Source: Octopus bimaculoides (lineage: Eukaryota). Taken from it: DNA of 64,000 bases. The translations under genes and the position numbers were made by a program. Positions 1 to 13,400 of the stretch are shown here, piece after piece. The stretch is from NCBI RefSeq assembly GCF_001194135.2, contig NC_068981.1:125133778-125197777 (forward strand), written 5' to 3'. Each line of letters opens with the position of its first letter. Position 1 is the first letter of the stretch. Below the pieces are notes generated by a model. The model did no database searches. It was not told the DNA's origin and saw nothing but the letters and a program-made list of their open reading frames with translations.

Positions 1-37
1 ATATATATATATATATATATATATAAGCTATATATAA

Positions 38-427
38 GCATGGGCGTGGCTGTGTGGTAAGAAGCTTGCTTCCAAGTCACATGGTTCCAGGTTCAGTCTC
101 ACTGTGTAGCACTTTGGGCAAGTGTCTTCTAATACAGCCTCGGGCTGGCCAAAGCCTTACAAGTGGATTTGACAGCCGGAAACTCAAAGAAGCCCATCAT
201 ATACATATATGTATATATCTATGTGTATGTGTCTTTGTCCGTCCCCCTCATAACCACTTGACAACTGATTTTGGTGTGTTTACATTCCTGTAACTTAGCA
301 GGTCAGCAAAAAAGTCCAATAGAATAAGTACTAGGCTTTAAAAAAATAAGCCCTGGGGTCAATTTGTTTGACTAAACCCCTTAAAGGCAGTACTCCAGCA
401 TGGCCACAGTAAAATGGCTGAAACAAG

Positions 428-430
<3 letters not shown>
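38..430 (+). mobile_element. tRNA-head SINE, family A, near full length
   Basis: A-box-like tggctgtgtgg, B-box-like ggttcagtc, internal (TA/TG) tract, 3' ccagcatggccacag...gaaacaagtaa. Other copies at about 3120-3270, 5385-5740, 6795-7148(-), 14100-14215(-), 15805-16010(-), 19465-19620(-), 26030-26180, 28285-28635(-), 34430-34560, 39040-39300, 39805-39955, 40260-40500, 51108-51260, 53745-53900, 61908-62020(-), 63060-63157(-). Confidence 0.85.
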
Positions 431-458
<28 letters not shown>

Positions 459-621
459 CATCTAGATTTTCAGTATGTTGGAGAAGCAACCCATTGCTAA
501 TCCCTGTATATTTATGATGATAAATGATCTTACCGATAAAGGTTTTTTTCATACTAAACTACTTGGCAAAATTGTTAATTATTAATTCTATTACTAATTG
601 ACGATTCCCTGTCCTTATTCT

Positions 622-677
<56 letters not shown>

Positions 678-845
678 TATGATATGTATCAAAAACGAGT
701 ATAATAAAGTGTAACACTCAACCAAAAGTTGGGCTCAGTAGTGGGTTCAACACTCCACTCCAATATACAGTGGAGTGATGCATAGCATCAACTTGGGATA
801 GATTAGTGCATGGAATATGAGCCAAGTAATAGAAATAATAGTAAT

Positions 846-1082
846 AAGGCAGCAAGCTGGCAGTAATGTTAGCACACTGGGCGAAATGCTTAGTGGTGTT
901 TCGTCTGCCATTGCGTTCTGAGTTCAAATTCTGCCGACGCCGACTTTGCCTTTCATCCTTTTGGGGTCGATAAATTAAGTACCAGTTACACACTGGGGTC
1001 GATGTAATCGACTTAATCCCTTTGTCTGTCTTTGTTTGTCCTCTCTATGTTTAGCCCCTTGTGGGCAATAAAGAATTAAGAA
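846..1082 (+). mobile_element. tRNA-head SINE, family B, well-preserved copy
   Basis: aaggcagcaagctggcag...gttctgagttcaaattctgccgacgccgactttgcctttcatcctt...aataaag with CpGs retained. Many dispersed copies occur in the window. Confidence 0.85.
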
Positions 1083-1392
1083 ATAATAGTAATAAATAAT
1101 AGAAATAATAATGATAAAGAGGAAACAGGTGTAGTGTTCAATGCTTCATAGAATATACATACACTTCAGCAAAATGCTAAAATAATTACATGTTAGTTGT
1201 AGAAACATGCAATGAAGCACTTCTTTTTATCAGTGTCCTACAGTAAATACAACAGTCAATGTTAAAACACCATGTATAACAAAAAAGACTAAGAGGAATG
1301 GGAGATACTGTGAAATTCCAAAATTCCCACTCTCTCTTCTTTGAACAGTCACATCTCAGTTTGCCTGAGAAGAAACAAGGTAAAGAACCCTT

Positions 1393-1702
1393 TTGGTCAT
1401 GAATGACACTGGGATTGCACCTAGAAAGTTCCCTTCTAAGGCACAAGTCCGGGCAGGTTGTTTGTGGAAGACCAGCAGTCGCTCATGCATACTAGTCTCC
1501 CTTCTCTGTGCCATTGACATTATTCAGCAGAAAGACAAAGGGTGATACAGCTTGGCACCAGTGATGTTACAACTTGTTTCTACAGCTCAGTGAAATAAAA
1601 TGCCTGTCTTGCTCAAGAGCTCAACACACAGCCCACTCTGGGAATCAAACTCAGTACCTCATGATTGTGAGCCCAACGCTCTAACCACTGAGTTACGCAC
1701 CT
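1393..1702 (-). mobile_element. SINE family D (tRNA-like head toward 1702)
   Basis: The segment gggattgcacctagaaagtt...gaagaccagcagtc recurs at 13933-14095. A related head with a different body occurs at 27112-27390(+). Confidence 0.7.
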
Positions 1703-1998
1703 TTGAGAAGAAACAGTACAACTATTAATAAGAAGAGTTGAATTTAATGAATGCCATATTTCAAAGCTCTAGCATCACTCCTTTGTAGTCAACCTATGAA
1801 CTTCTCAACCCATCCTTGTATATACTGAAAAGCCCAACAAAACCTTTTGGATATACTCATAGACAATATATGTGATATAGAATATTCTGAATGAAGTGCT
1901 CCAGTGTGGCTGTACCTGCAATCATGCAAAACAAACTATACTAAAGAACATTGATGTACAAGTGAAATATTCAGGATGCTACATTTTTGTCCAGTGTG

Positions 1999-2206
1999 TT
2001 AACCATTCTCCCAGCTGGCCACATTAATAATGGTTTCAAATTTTGGTAGAAGGCCAGTAATTTCGAAGGAGTAGGTTAGGTGACTGCATTGACCCCAATG
2101 ATCAACTGGTACAATTTTATCAACTCTGAATGGATGAAAGGCAAAGTCGACCGCTGCAGAATGTATAAAAATGGATGAAATGCTGTTAAGCATTTTGCCC
2201 AGCACA
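1999..2206 (-). mobile_element. SINE family B
   Basis: Reverse-complement copy containing ggatgaaaggcaaagtcgac. Confidence 0.75.
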
Positions 2207-2238
<32 letters not shown>

Positions 2239-2241
<3 letters not shown>

Positions 2242-2383
2242 GTTGGCATTAGGAAGGGCATCCAGCTGTAGAAACTCTGCCAAATTTAGATTGGAGCCTG
2301 GTTTTGCCATCCGGTTTCATCAGTCCTCAGTCAAATCGTCCAACCCATGCTAGCATGGAAAGCGGACGTTAAACGATGATGAT
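2239..2383 (+). mobile_element. 5'-truncated RTE-type LINE 3' tail ending in (GAT)n
   Basis: About 3 mismatches in about 143 bp versus the reverse complement of 63158-63320, whose upstream part encodes an RTE ORF end. Flanked on both sides by (TA)n. Confidence 0.75.
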
Positions 2384-4266
2384 ATATATATATATATTGT
2401 TGCTAAACCCCAGCTCAGCCCTAAATGGGTAGATTTATAATCAAAGATAATACTGTGATCATTCCATTTTCATCTTCTCATTTTTTTCAGCCAGTGTATC
2501 CAAGATTACATTATCCAACATGTTTAAGGGAGATTTGGTTGTTATTTCCAATTAAGCAAACAACCACAGTCAAATATCAAATGGCTGCCAATATAATAAA
2601 CAAATTATTTTTAAAGTCCTTTTTATTTATTCATTGTGATGAATCAAAAAACATAATATGTGGAAAAAGGTAAGGGTTACTGATAGTATGCATAAATCTG
2701 AATTGTTGAATCAGCTTGTTCCAACATAATTTGAACCAATAAATAATTTATTCTGTAAATTAAATGTACAATATATTCTAACATGAAAATGCAATTTTGT
2801 CATTAAAGAAATTAAACCTCAATTCTTTTTTTTTTCTTTTTTTTTTTTTTGAAGACACTGACCTTCTGATCTTTGAAACAAGCATCTACTAAATCAACCT
2901 TGGCCTGCTCAGGAAATGGATATCATGTTTCCGCTTTGAAATAAATTATTTAAAAAGCTTTATTTTAACTGATGTCAGGAATACAGAAAATTGTACATTG
3001 AACACAAATTTAATTTTCAAGTCACTCAGCAAATCCCTTATAGAATGGTGGTGACTTGGTGACAGCCAATTCTTCAATCAAACCAAGTAAGCTATAGGTT
3101 TCAACAGAAAAAATTAACCAGCATGTCTGTGTGACTAAGAAGCTCACATTGCAACCATGCTATTTTGAGTTCAGTCCTATTGCACAGCACCTTGAGCAAG
3201 TATCTTTTACTAAAGCCCCTGGCTGACCAATGCCATGTGAATGAATTTGGCAGAGAGAACTGTGTGGAAATTTTGGTACAAGGCCAGTAGTTTTAGGAGG
3301 AGGGGATAGTGTAGTTGATTATGCTGATCCCAATACTTGACTGGTATTTTATTTTATTGATCCTCAGAGAGATCAAATGCAAAATTGATCCAGGAAAAAT
3401 TTGAACTCAGAACATAAGTTGGTAGAAATAAAATAAATATATAAAAAACAATATTACAATTAAAGAGAATATAAAAAATTTATTTCAACAGATTTATTCA
3501 TTTGTACAATTTCATTTTGATTAAACATTTTCATAGAAATCACAGGTATAAGAGGCAAGAAAGCTTTCAGCTGAGTTTTATATTCAATAAATATAGAGAT
3601 GATAGCCATCAGAAGAGATAAAGCAAAGAAACATTTGGTGTAAAATCTTATATAACACAGTACAGTACTTACATTGTACTTTTTAACCCTAGCAAATAAT
3701 AAGGAATTTATAAACTATTTATTTCACATATGTGAGAAATCTAATTAAACATTTGATGTTTGCATATTCTGTTTGATTATTCAAGTTAAGGTTGGAATTA
3801 TGTAGTAAAAAGGTGTAATAGTCATATCAGCCAAACACAAACACACACAGAGACAGAGAACAAAAATATTCTAAATGCAGTATTAAATGGTGCTCATATT
3901 TCATTAAAAAGATTCATTATAAATGCACTTAAATCAGCTTGAACCTATCAAAATGTCACAAGTCCACTTGTTTAAGCTACAGCCATATTTTTCTCTTGAG
4001 AATTTTGAATTTAAAAACTAATGAATCAAACTCTGTATTTCATGATGTTCAAAAATACAAATTAAATTGACTGAAATACATTTATAATAAAATAATCTTT
4101 TGAAATTAAATCCTTGATGAATACTGCTTAAAATTTGTTTTGAAAATATTTAATTTCAATAAAGTAGCCTATGTGCTTCTAGACTAATTAACCAATGGAT
4201 ATTTGCTGCATGATGGCAAATCTGATCATAATTCATAATCAGTCTTATCTATCAATAAGTGATTAA

Positions 4267-4488
4267 CCCTTTTGATAAAAATTCACCTGAGACTGCTCTG
4301 GGCTTTAGATAAAAACTTCCTATTTTAAATGGAACTACATTAAAACCGCTCATGAAAATTTCATGCAAATATATGTTCCAAAAACACAAACTTAATAATT
4401 ACAGTTGCTTCACTAAATTCTTCATTACGTTCAAAGTTAATTGAAACAAAGGCAGTGTATTTCAATAAGAATATGGTAAAAAAATGGG
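4267..4488. mobile_element. piggyBac-type MITE (family F)
   Basis: TTAA|CCCTTTTG...ATGGG|TTAA termini. A second copy starts at 62682. Confidence 0.7.
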
Positions 4489-5051
4489 TTAATCCTATTG
4501 ATTACATGGGAAGGTGATAAAAGGAATGATATTTTCATAGCTTTCTCTAATAGTAGAAATGGTGTGATTTAAGTAAAAACAGTAAAACTAGTTAAAACCT
4601 GCTTCTGTCTTACAATGTCTAAGAGTTTACTCTATACTGCAGAGGGACAAAATAGTCATAGATGATGCAGTGCTTATGAGCTTTATAGGACTTGAAAGGC
4701 TGGTGGGATGGATACAATCGATGTTCAATTTGAACAACAACAGGTTAGTATCTGCAAGGAGGGAGTTCTGGGAAGATTTCAGTCTCAGAGAGGAAAGATT
4801 GAACAAAGTATTTAGTGCAGGGTCTGAGAGATGTAACATAGTAAAAGTAATTAGAAAAAGAGAGATGTTTGGAAGTAATAGAGTCAAGTGCAGGGAGCAG
4901 AGGTCATCATATTAGTGATAGAAGAGTGAAGGAGAGTAAACAGTGCATATGCAAAGCTAGTGGTTGAAGCTTATGGGTGAATAAAACTTAGTCGATCTGT
5001 AGATTGGTCTGACCTATGATATTAATTGGTGTAGATACAGCATTATTGGTT

Positions 5052-5106
<55 letters not shown>

Positions 5107-7159
5107 TAATATTTAGCAGAAGTATTGCATCAACATAACTGCACTATATATCTATATATATATACACATATATAAAGTACTATTGTAGTATGACTCTTAT
5201 TGAGGATTGGCTGAAGTATTTCCTGACCCTTAAGAGGAATCCTAATCTTTGTGGTTGTAATTTTGGCAATGTTATGCATGCATGTGTGTGTGTGTGTGTG
5301 TGTGCTTGTGTTTGTATGTACAACACTTTGAATCTATAAACTGTGAGTTGTGGTCACTTCCTAACTTGTTACGCACAAGCAGGCCAGGCATGTCTGTGTG
5401 ATTAAGGGGTTTGTTTCACAGTCATGTGGTTTTTTAGGTTTGGTACCATACATCACACATTCGGTAAGTGTTTTCTACTATATAGCTTCTGATGAACCCA
5501 TGATTATGAGTCAAATTTAGTAGATGGGACCTGTACAGAGGCTCATCATACATATGTACAGGTGTGTGAGTGTGTGTGTGTGTTTACATTTATGTCCCAT
5601 AATTTAGTGTTTCAATAAATAAGGATCATTAAAACAAGTAACAGATGCAAAAATACGAACTGGGTATATAACTGAAGGCTGTACCCCAGCATGGCCACAG
5701 TGCAATGATTGAAACCAATAAAAGAATAAGAAAATAAGAATATATGTGGTAGTCATGAAAGATTTCAGAGGCTTATGATTTGAGGGGATTTAGTTGTATA
5801 TTGTTTGCAGATGGTTGAATTGTGAAGCACAAATTCATTTCCTTGATATATGCAATAGTTGAGACAAGTTGTTACATTACTATTGAAAGAGTCTCTCAAA
5901 ATGTCCCTCTGTTTGTGAATTCAATATTTCCATGGCATGAGGTGCCCAGGCTGCAAGAGAACGATGCCTTTGTATAAATGTTTAAGGAGGAGGGAAGTAA
6001 AGTATGTTCAGCAGAAAAGTCTCGAGCATTCAGTTAATAATAAGTTGTTTGTGAGTCACAACCATCACCACCTCCACCATCATCATTATTTTTACACCCA
6101 CCTTCCATACTGGCAATGGGGTGCAATGGTCCTCACAGTTCACATCAGTTCTTACTGGAAGCCAATTCCCTCACAAACGTATGAGAGGACTATATGTTTC
6201 GTTGTGGGCTTGGTTGCTATAGATGTATCCAGTACACTCTCTACTTTAGAAAGAGTGTACTGGGTACATTTTATCATGGCACTAACATTTGAGAGATTGT
6301 TATATCCTTGAGAAGAAAGGACTAAAAAGAACTACCTTTCAACCTTATGCTTTCTCTACTCATTTACCAGAAAAGCAAAAGGTACTCACTACTTTAAGAT
6401 GTTTATGTTTGTACAAAAACATTGTGAAAAGAAAGGTGAATAGGAGAGTGGGCAATGACAGGAGTCAGAATAGGTGGGTGAAAGTAGCAAGAGTTTAATG
6501 ATGGAAACACAAAATGATCGGGATAAGATGGGAGAGAGAATGAGAAAAAGGGTAAAAGCTAAGTGTATTGGGTACAAACAAGTCTAATCTAGCCTCTTAC
6601 ATATGTCTCGTGATAGGCAAGAGAAATAGCCTGACGTGGATGATGGTTGGGGAATTATATGTAAGTGAGTCCTGGACTGTTGTGAAATGAGAGATTAGAA
6701 AAATTGAGAAATAGAGAGAAATGCAACAGGGAAATGAATAATGAGATGAGAGGATGTCAAAGATGCAGGGGGTGGTTGCAGATGTAGACTTGATAGTATC
6801 TTTTATCATTTACTTGTTTCAGTCTTTGGACTGCAGCCATGCTGGAGCACTGACTTGAAAATACAGATCCCAGTATATATTAATTTTTTAAAGTCTGATA
6901 CTTCTTTCAGTCTCTAGTATCAAAGTACTAAGTTATGGGGATGTAAATAGACCAACACTGGTTGTCAAGTGGTGATGGCGCATAAACAGAAAGACAAACA
7001 CACATAGACATACATATATATGACAGACTTATTTCAGTTTCTGTTCACAAAATCCATTCACAAGGCTTTGGTCAGCCCAAGGGTATAGCAGAAGACATTT
7101 GCCCCAGGTACCATGCGGCTGGGAAGCAAACTTCTCACACAGCCGTGTAAATATAATTT

Positions 7160-7236
7160 ATCTATCTACACACACACACACACACACACACAGATATAAA
7201 TGTGTGTATGTATGTATATGTGTCTGTGTATGTATG

Positions 7237-7294
<58 letters not shown>

Positions 7295-7446
7295 ATAATA
7301 GCAATGATATATACATATATACATATGTATACACACACATACATATGAGTATATATACACACATATATAGGTATGTGTCTACATATAGATGCAGGTGTAT
7401 GTATGAATCTATCTATCTATATATCTCTCACTTTCTCTCTCCCTCC

Positions 7447-7521
<75 letters not shown>

Positions 7522-7660
7522 ATACTTACATATACAAGAGTATATATTCATATACACACATATATAGGTATGTGTTTATGTATAGACGTGGGTGAGTATG
7601 TATATCTACATGTATGTATATCTACATGTATGTATATCTATTTATGTGTATGTGTGAGTA
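7160..7660. repeat. Compound microsatellite (CA, TATG, TA, CT)
   Basis: Directly visible. It produces the YIYI/HTHT/CVCV pseudo-ORFs in the track. Confidence 0.95.
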
Positions 7661-10600
7661 TGTATACAATGCAATAAAGAAACATGCATATATTACTCTT
7701 TAATAAAACTATGTTGACAGTATTCAATCCAATGAGAGAAGTAGGTGTGTATTACACATATAATGGATTTTTGCTCGTATGAATAGAAATTTAGAAGCAA
7801 AATTTAATTAAATGGTATCATTCTTGAAGCAGAATCTTTAAAATGACTTAATAATGGTGATATTAGCAACATCAACATACAAAGAACAAATATATTTGGT
7901 TTTATTTGTTTTTTCTTAAGGATTTATAAAAATTTGAACATGAAAAGAGCATGTTATATAAATTTTTAGTTTACAAGAAAAATAATAAAAAAACATATAT
8001 ACATTTAAAACCTTATGTGCATATTTTAAGTACATATGTATACTGGCATATACAAAGCTTTAAATTATACAAACTGGGTGGGTGTTGTTCCTGATGATGA
8101 TAATAATGTTGATGATGATGATGATGATGGCTATGATAATGAAGATGATAATAGATAACTGATCAACTTTACTTCAATAGCCCAAATGGTAAAATAAAAA
8201 AAAAATAAATAAAGGGAAGCTAACATCACAAAGTATCCATTGGCATTTCAATCTATAGCCATTTAACCCTAAATTGGTGGGGCATACTAACCTGAATTTC
8301 AGGTCTTTTTTTATTGAGAATAAGATGTTTATTGATTTTACTATTACAAGAATTAAGTCAGGTGACTATATAAGATGCTCCTCTGCTGGCTTAAGTATAT
8401 TTGGTTTATCCAGGAGTATTTGTAAAGAGACAACGCAGAACAGAGCAATAGTGCATTTTGAAGGAGGTGTATCACATGTTGCTAGCATTGGTATACATAT
8501 TGAAAGATGTCAAAACATCAGCTGTAGGTATTCTTTGTTTTTGGTATCGATATGTTAAAATTGAAAGTCTTTTCATAATTTTTACAAACACTTCAAATGA
8601 TGAAATGTTTTTGTTGAGCTTTATTAGTGAAAACACTTTTTTTTTTTGTTAATTATAATCATCTTATTTTTTTCTTCTCATTTGTATATATATATTAATT
8701 ACACATAATTTACATAGTGACTGAAGCTTTATTGGTGGCTGGCATTTTCAGACAGATGAATCTGACCATCAGCAAAACTTTGAAGTCAGTCCCTCCTTTC
8801 TTCGAAAAATTAAATCGCACACTCTTCATGTATATACTGAGTGCTTTTGCAGTTAATGTTTGAATGTCTTAGTGTATAACTCTACATAAAACATACACAT
8901 TAATATATGGCACATATATAACAAAAAATAAGGAAAACAGACTGTAGAAAATCATGTACAACCTATGCTCTATGGTCTTAATTAAAAACTGGTGTTCAAT
9001 TCTAGTTTCATGGGCATTTGATAGATGAGTATATAAATCTTCTGGTAAACAAAACATTATTTCTAACAGGTAGGACAGCTGAGATAATGAAAATTAAGTG
9101 TACTGTACAAATTCATAGCAAAAACACCTGCAATGGATTTGAACTGAACATATGAATTAGAGATCCACTGAGGATACCCTGCTGATAGTTTATAATCAAA
9201 GTTACAAATGAAACTTCATCATAGTTTCTGAAATTAAACTCTCATAGAGAATTTCTAAAACAAATAGAAAAATATTGAAACAAAATGAAATACACATACA
9301 TAAACAGTGTTGATGAGAAAAAATTTTTTTAAATCGAGAACCTGGAAAAAAAAAATCTTTTCTTTCAGACAAAAAGTTACTCCTGAAATAACAGGGTTCT
9401 TTTCTCAACATGGCAAGGAGACTCATATTAAAAAAAAAAAATCTTCAAATTTATATTTTTTCTCATGTGTACCAGTCTGGAGTTTATGTTTCATTTTGAT
9501 AAAATGTAAAACATTTGCTATTTGATCATAGATGAAGAAACAACAGAATTTAATATATCTATATAACATAATTGGTAAAGCATTTTATTTGGTGAAAGTG
9601 TCACCAATTTTAAAATGAATCAACTGATTTTATTTTATTGGTTTCCATCACTGAACTCTGGTCATGCTGGTCCACAGCCTTGTTAAGGTACAGTGAATTA
9701 TGTCAACACTAGCACCTAATGGTTGATTTTTCTCAGCGTATTTCACTGAATCAAGAAGAATGAATGGCAAAGAGTATCTGTGCAGAAATGGGATTCAGAA
9801 TGTAAAGGGACATAACCAAATAACAAAACATTTTGATACTTGACTCAATCTGCCTTCAATTGCCATTTATATAAAATGTAAAGAAAATTATATTTAACAA
9901 GAAAAAAAAATAATAACTGATGATATAGAAATTCATGTTACAGATATTGCATATCAATAATAATGAGAGAGAAGAACAATGGTCATGTAATAAAGATGCT
10001 GAACTACTGGTTGCAAGTTCAAATCTTCCTATGACCATTGCCTTGTATACTTCTGAGCAAGACACATAATTATTGCTTGCTTCACTTTACCTGAAATAGG
10101 TTTCCCTTCTGTTATTTCATAGCAGAATGGTTGGAAGAACTTCCAGTTAGAAAAACATTAAAGTTCAAAAAAAAAAAAAAATGATTAAAAAAATAGCAAA
10201 ATACATACACACATACAGTCATGTCCACACAATCTTACACATAGATTTATATGGACACACATATGCACAATCATGCAAGGAAACAAATTATAAAATTTTA
10301 AATAAAAAATAAATGTATATAGTAAAATGATTGCACTTTCAGTTCATATTTTCATAAATGTAAACAATTTAATGTATATTATCTCTTTCTCTATATGTAC
10401 CTTTGTGCACACATATACACACAAATATAATTTGTTCAGATGCTTTTCAATATCCACAAATCAACACTTCTCATGCATGCACACACACATAAGCACATAT
10501 ATATCAATATTTTCTAATCACCTGGGAGACTGTAAACTAGAATCTGATGGTCTTAGAAATTGAAGTGGTGTATATTAAGCCATGTGATAAGGTAGAGACA

Positions 10601-10977
10601 AGTGTTTTAGGTAGAACCTTCCATAGGAAGAGACATAATAAATGTGTAGGAAGGATGAAGACACATATACACTTTAGTAATGAACTGGAGGGACAAGTAT
10701 TCAACACTAGGAAGGTGGTTGAATATTTTTAAATAGAATCTATATTAACTTTGTAGATCTCAAGGTTTCACGCCGATAGAAATTAACAAATTTTCAACTT
10801 GGGTCCAACCAGGTCATTGATTTTCATCAGTATATGACCTTGAGTTCTAGAGAGTGAAATTTTATTAAAAAGTGTGTGTGTGTGTGTGTATGTGTTTTTA
10901 CATACATACATATATATATAGTGTGTGTGTGTTTGTACATACACACACATGCATTCATACATTTATATGTATAAATG

Positions 10978-11023
<46 letters not shown>

Positions 11024-11033
11024 NNNNNNNNNN

Positions 11034-11082
<49 letters not shown>

Positions 11083-11270
11083 TACACATCTATATCGGCG
11101 GTAAAACGTAAATCCGAAAAAGAAGCACACTCGAAGTTATAAAGCAGTATATAATATAAATAAAGCTCAATGAGACTGGTTCATGGGATTAACTTGGGTT
11201 TCACATCCATAAAGCGCTTAACTTAAGCACTTTTGACAAGTTGTAGTTCACCTGAGCACTGTATACAATA

Positions 11271-11488
11271 ATTACTATCCAGCAAGAATAAAACACCATA
11301 AAAGGTAGAACTATAAATATACAAAGCGGATGTACACAAAGTATGATCATTGCTATAGCAGCCAGTAAGCTATCGGTGCTATGTAGAGCTTCACTGCTAT
11401 TTCTAGCAATGATCGTACTCTGTGTACATCCACTTTGTACATTTATAATTCTACCTTTTAAGGTGCCTTATTCTTGCTGGATAATAAT
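11271..11488. repeat. Inverted repeat, 85-bp arms (11271-11355 / 11404-11488), foldback family X
   Basis: Arms aligned by hand: 9 mismatches in 85 bp, 48-nt loop. Confidence 0.85.
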
Positions 11489-11864
11489 ATCATTTTTAAT
11501 AATATTTATACTTCTTGCATATCTTTAAATCACTGATCTTGGTTCTGATTTTGACTGGGGCTTTCAGACCAGTAAACAAGGGCTTTCAGACCAGTGGATA
11601 CTTTAAAGTTTCATCATCAATGGTAGATTCAACCGAAGATAACTAGTCAGATTCACGCTCATGCACATGATCTGAAAAGTTTGAAACTGTAGTATTGAAT
11701 TATCCTTCATTCCTCTAATGGTCTCTGTAGAGGCAAGACAGAATTTTCCTATATTCACTGCCCGCAAACATCTCTGCCTGTAAACATTCAGTAAAGCTCT
11801 ACATAGTGCTGATAGCTTACCAGCTGCTATTTCTAGCAATGATCATACACCGTGTACATCCGCT

Positions 11865-11923
<59 letters not shown>

Positions 11924-12163
11924 TGTATGTATGTTTGTATGTATACATATATATCATCATTATCGTTCATCATTGGAAGGCAGATGTTAAACGATGATGA
12001 TATNNNNNNNNNNNNNNNNNNNNNNNNNNNNNNNNNNNNNNNNNNNNNNNNNNNNNNNNNNNNNNNNNNNNNNNNNNNNNNNNNNNNNNNNNNNNNNNNN
12101 NNNNNNNNNNNNNNNNNNNNNNNNNNNNNNNNNNNNNNNNNNNNNNNNNNNNNNNNNNNNNNN

Positions 12164-12242
<79 letters not shown>

Positions 12243-12249
12243 GATAGAT

Positions 12250-12500
12250 AGATAGATAGACATAGCCAGTCGATGGGGTTACCCTAGGTTTCATGTCCGT
12301 AAAGCATTTAACTTTACAGCATTTCTTCAGACCCTAAACCTGTTGGCCTATGGCCTCTCTGCTAGAGAGTCCTTGAGAGGTCATAAGTACTTGCTAGAGA
12401 AGCCATGGGCTAAGGAGTCTAAGGTCTGAAGAAATGCTGTAAAGTTAAGTACTTTATGGATGTGATCCCATAGACCAACCGTATCTATCTTTATCTATAT
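12250..12500. mobile_element. MITE-like hairpin element
   Basis: gtaaagcatttaactttacagcatttcttcagacc (12299-12333) is nearly complementary to ggtctgaagaaatgctgtaaagttaagtactttat (12423-12457). Weaker pairing continues inward and outward. Confidence 0.7.
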
Positions 12501-13340
12501 ACTCTACTGATCTACAACCAAGAGTATGCTTCGTTTTCAGATTTATGTGTTACTGATGATATATGTGTGTGTATACATATACACACATCTATCTATGTAT
12601 CTATATATGTACGTACGTACATGCATGCATGCATACTTACATACATCAGTAGTGTCAGGAGGAAAGATGGTATTCAAGACCTTCCTGACAGGTGAGGTTG
12701 ATGTTGTTTTGTCTTAACTAAGCAGAACTATGACCAAAGTCATTCAGTCTTGACCATCACATTTTATCTTCAGACAGTGTATTTTGAATTAACCTTATTC
12801 ATTGTGTCCTGCCATTTTAAAATGATTGTGTGTGATATGTAGACTTGGATGGTATTTCTAGCAGATCAAATGACCATGTAGAAACTTGCTTATTGGTTGT
12901 GAAGTAGATGTGGTTGATTGGTGTTTAACTTGAACTTCCATAGGGGGACACCCATGAGGAAAATGTGAGCAAGGAATAGTTAGATGGTAGGGGATGTAAG
13001 AGGGCTGCCTGCAGTTTTGGGTAGGGCTTGGGTTAAGTGTTCTGGGGAAGAGGTAGTAAGATACAAGAGGGGAGACAAGGAGAGATGGGTACATAAGATG
13101 GAGAAGTATTGAGGTGGTACTCAGCTAACTACATTGAAAGAGCAGAAACTGCTAATGAAGCAGTGTAGAAAGTAAAGGTTTAAGATTTTTTTTTTAATGG
13201 TTTAGTCAGTGGAAGAAGGATTATATTCATAATCCTCTACAGGGACCCCCATGACAAGTGGTAGGAAGGGGGGGGGCTGAAAATCCAAAACATGAAACTC
13301 TACATCATCTCATGGCACAATAACATACACCTTTTCGATC

Positions 13341-13346
13341 TTTATT
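13341..13346 (-). promoter_or_regulatory. Candidate polyadenylation signal (AATAAA) for FAM20B
   Basis: AATAAA on the minus strand 55 nt after the stop, followed by a GT-rich stretch (gtgtatgttattgtg). The hexamer is common in AT-rich DNA, so support is weak. Confidence 0.3.
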
Positions 13347-13400
13347 CCAATCACAATTCTTGTCGATTGCTTGTCACTGCAAGTGAGGGTCCATCTTTTT

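Noticed and set aside
4590-6790. Purine-rich stretches (4590-5040, 5760-6050, 6380-6790) that may be very old Penelope or CR1 remnants; similar ones at 12850-13150, 33800-34290, 35450-35730, 37250-37620 and 62040-62220
   Set aside because: Only vague peptide similarity, so they cannot be classified without an HMM search.
7099-7677. Long ORFs such as the 192-aa ORF at 7099..7677, and the 402/385-aa ORFs over the 52.7-53.7 kb gap
   Set aside because: These are translations of dinucleotide repeats or N runs.
8274-8870. Higher-complexity unique sequence with short ORFs (e.g. 8274..8558)
   Set aside because: No recognisable protein motif or coherent splice and phase chain.
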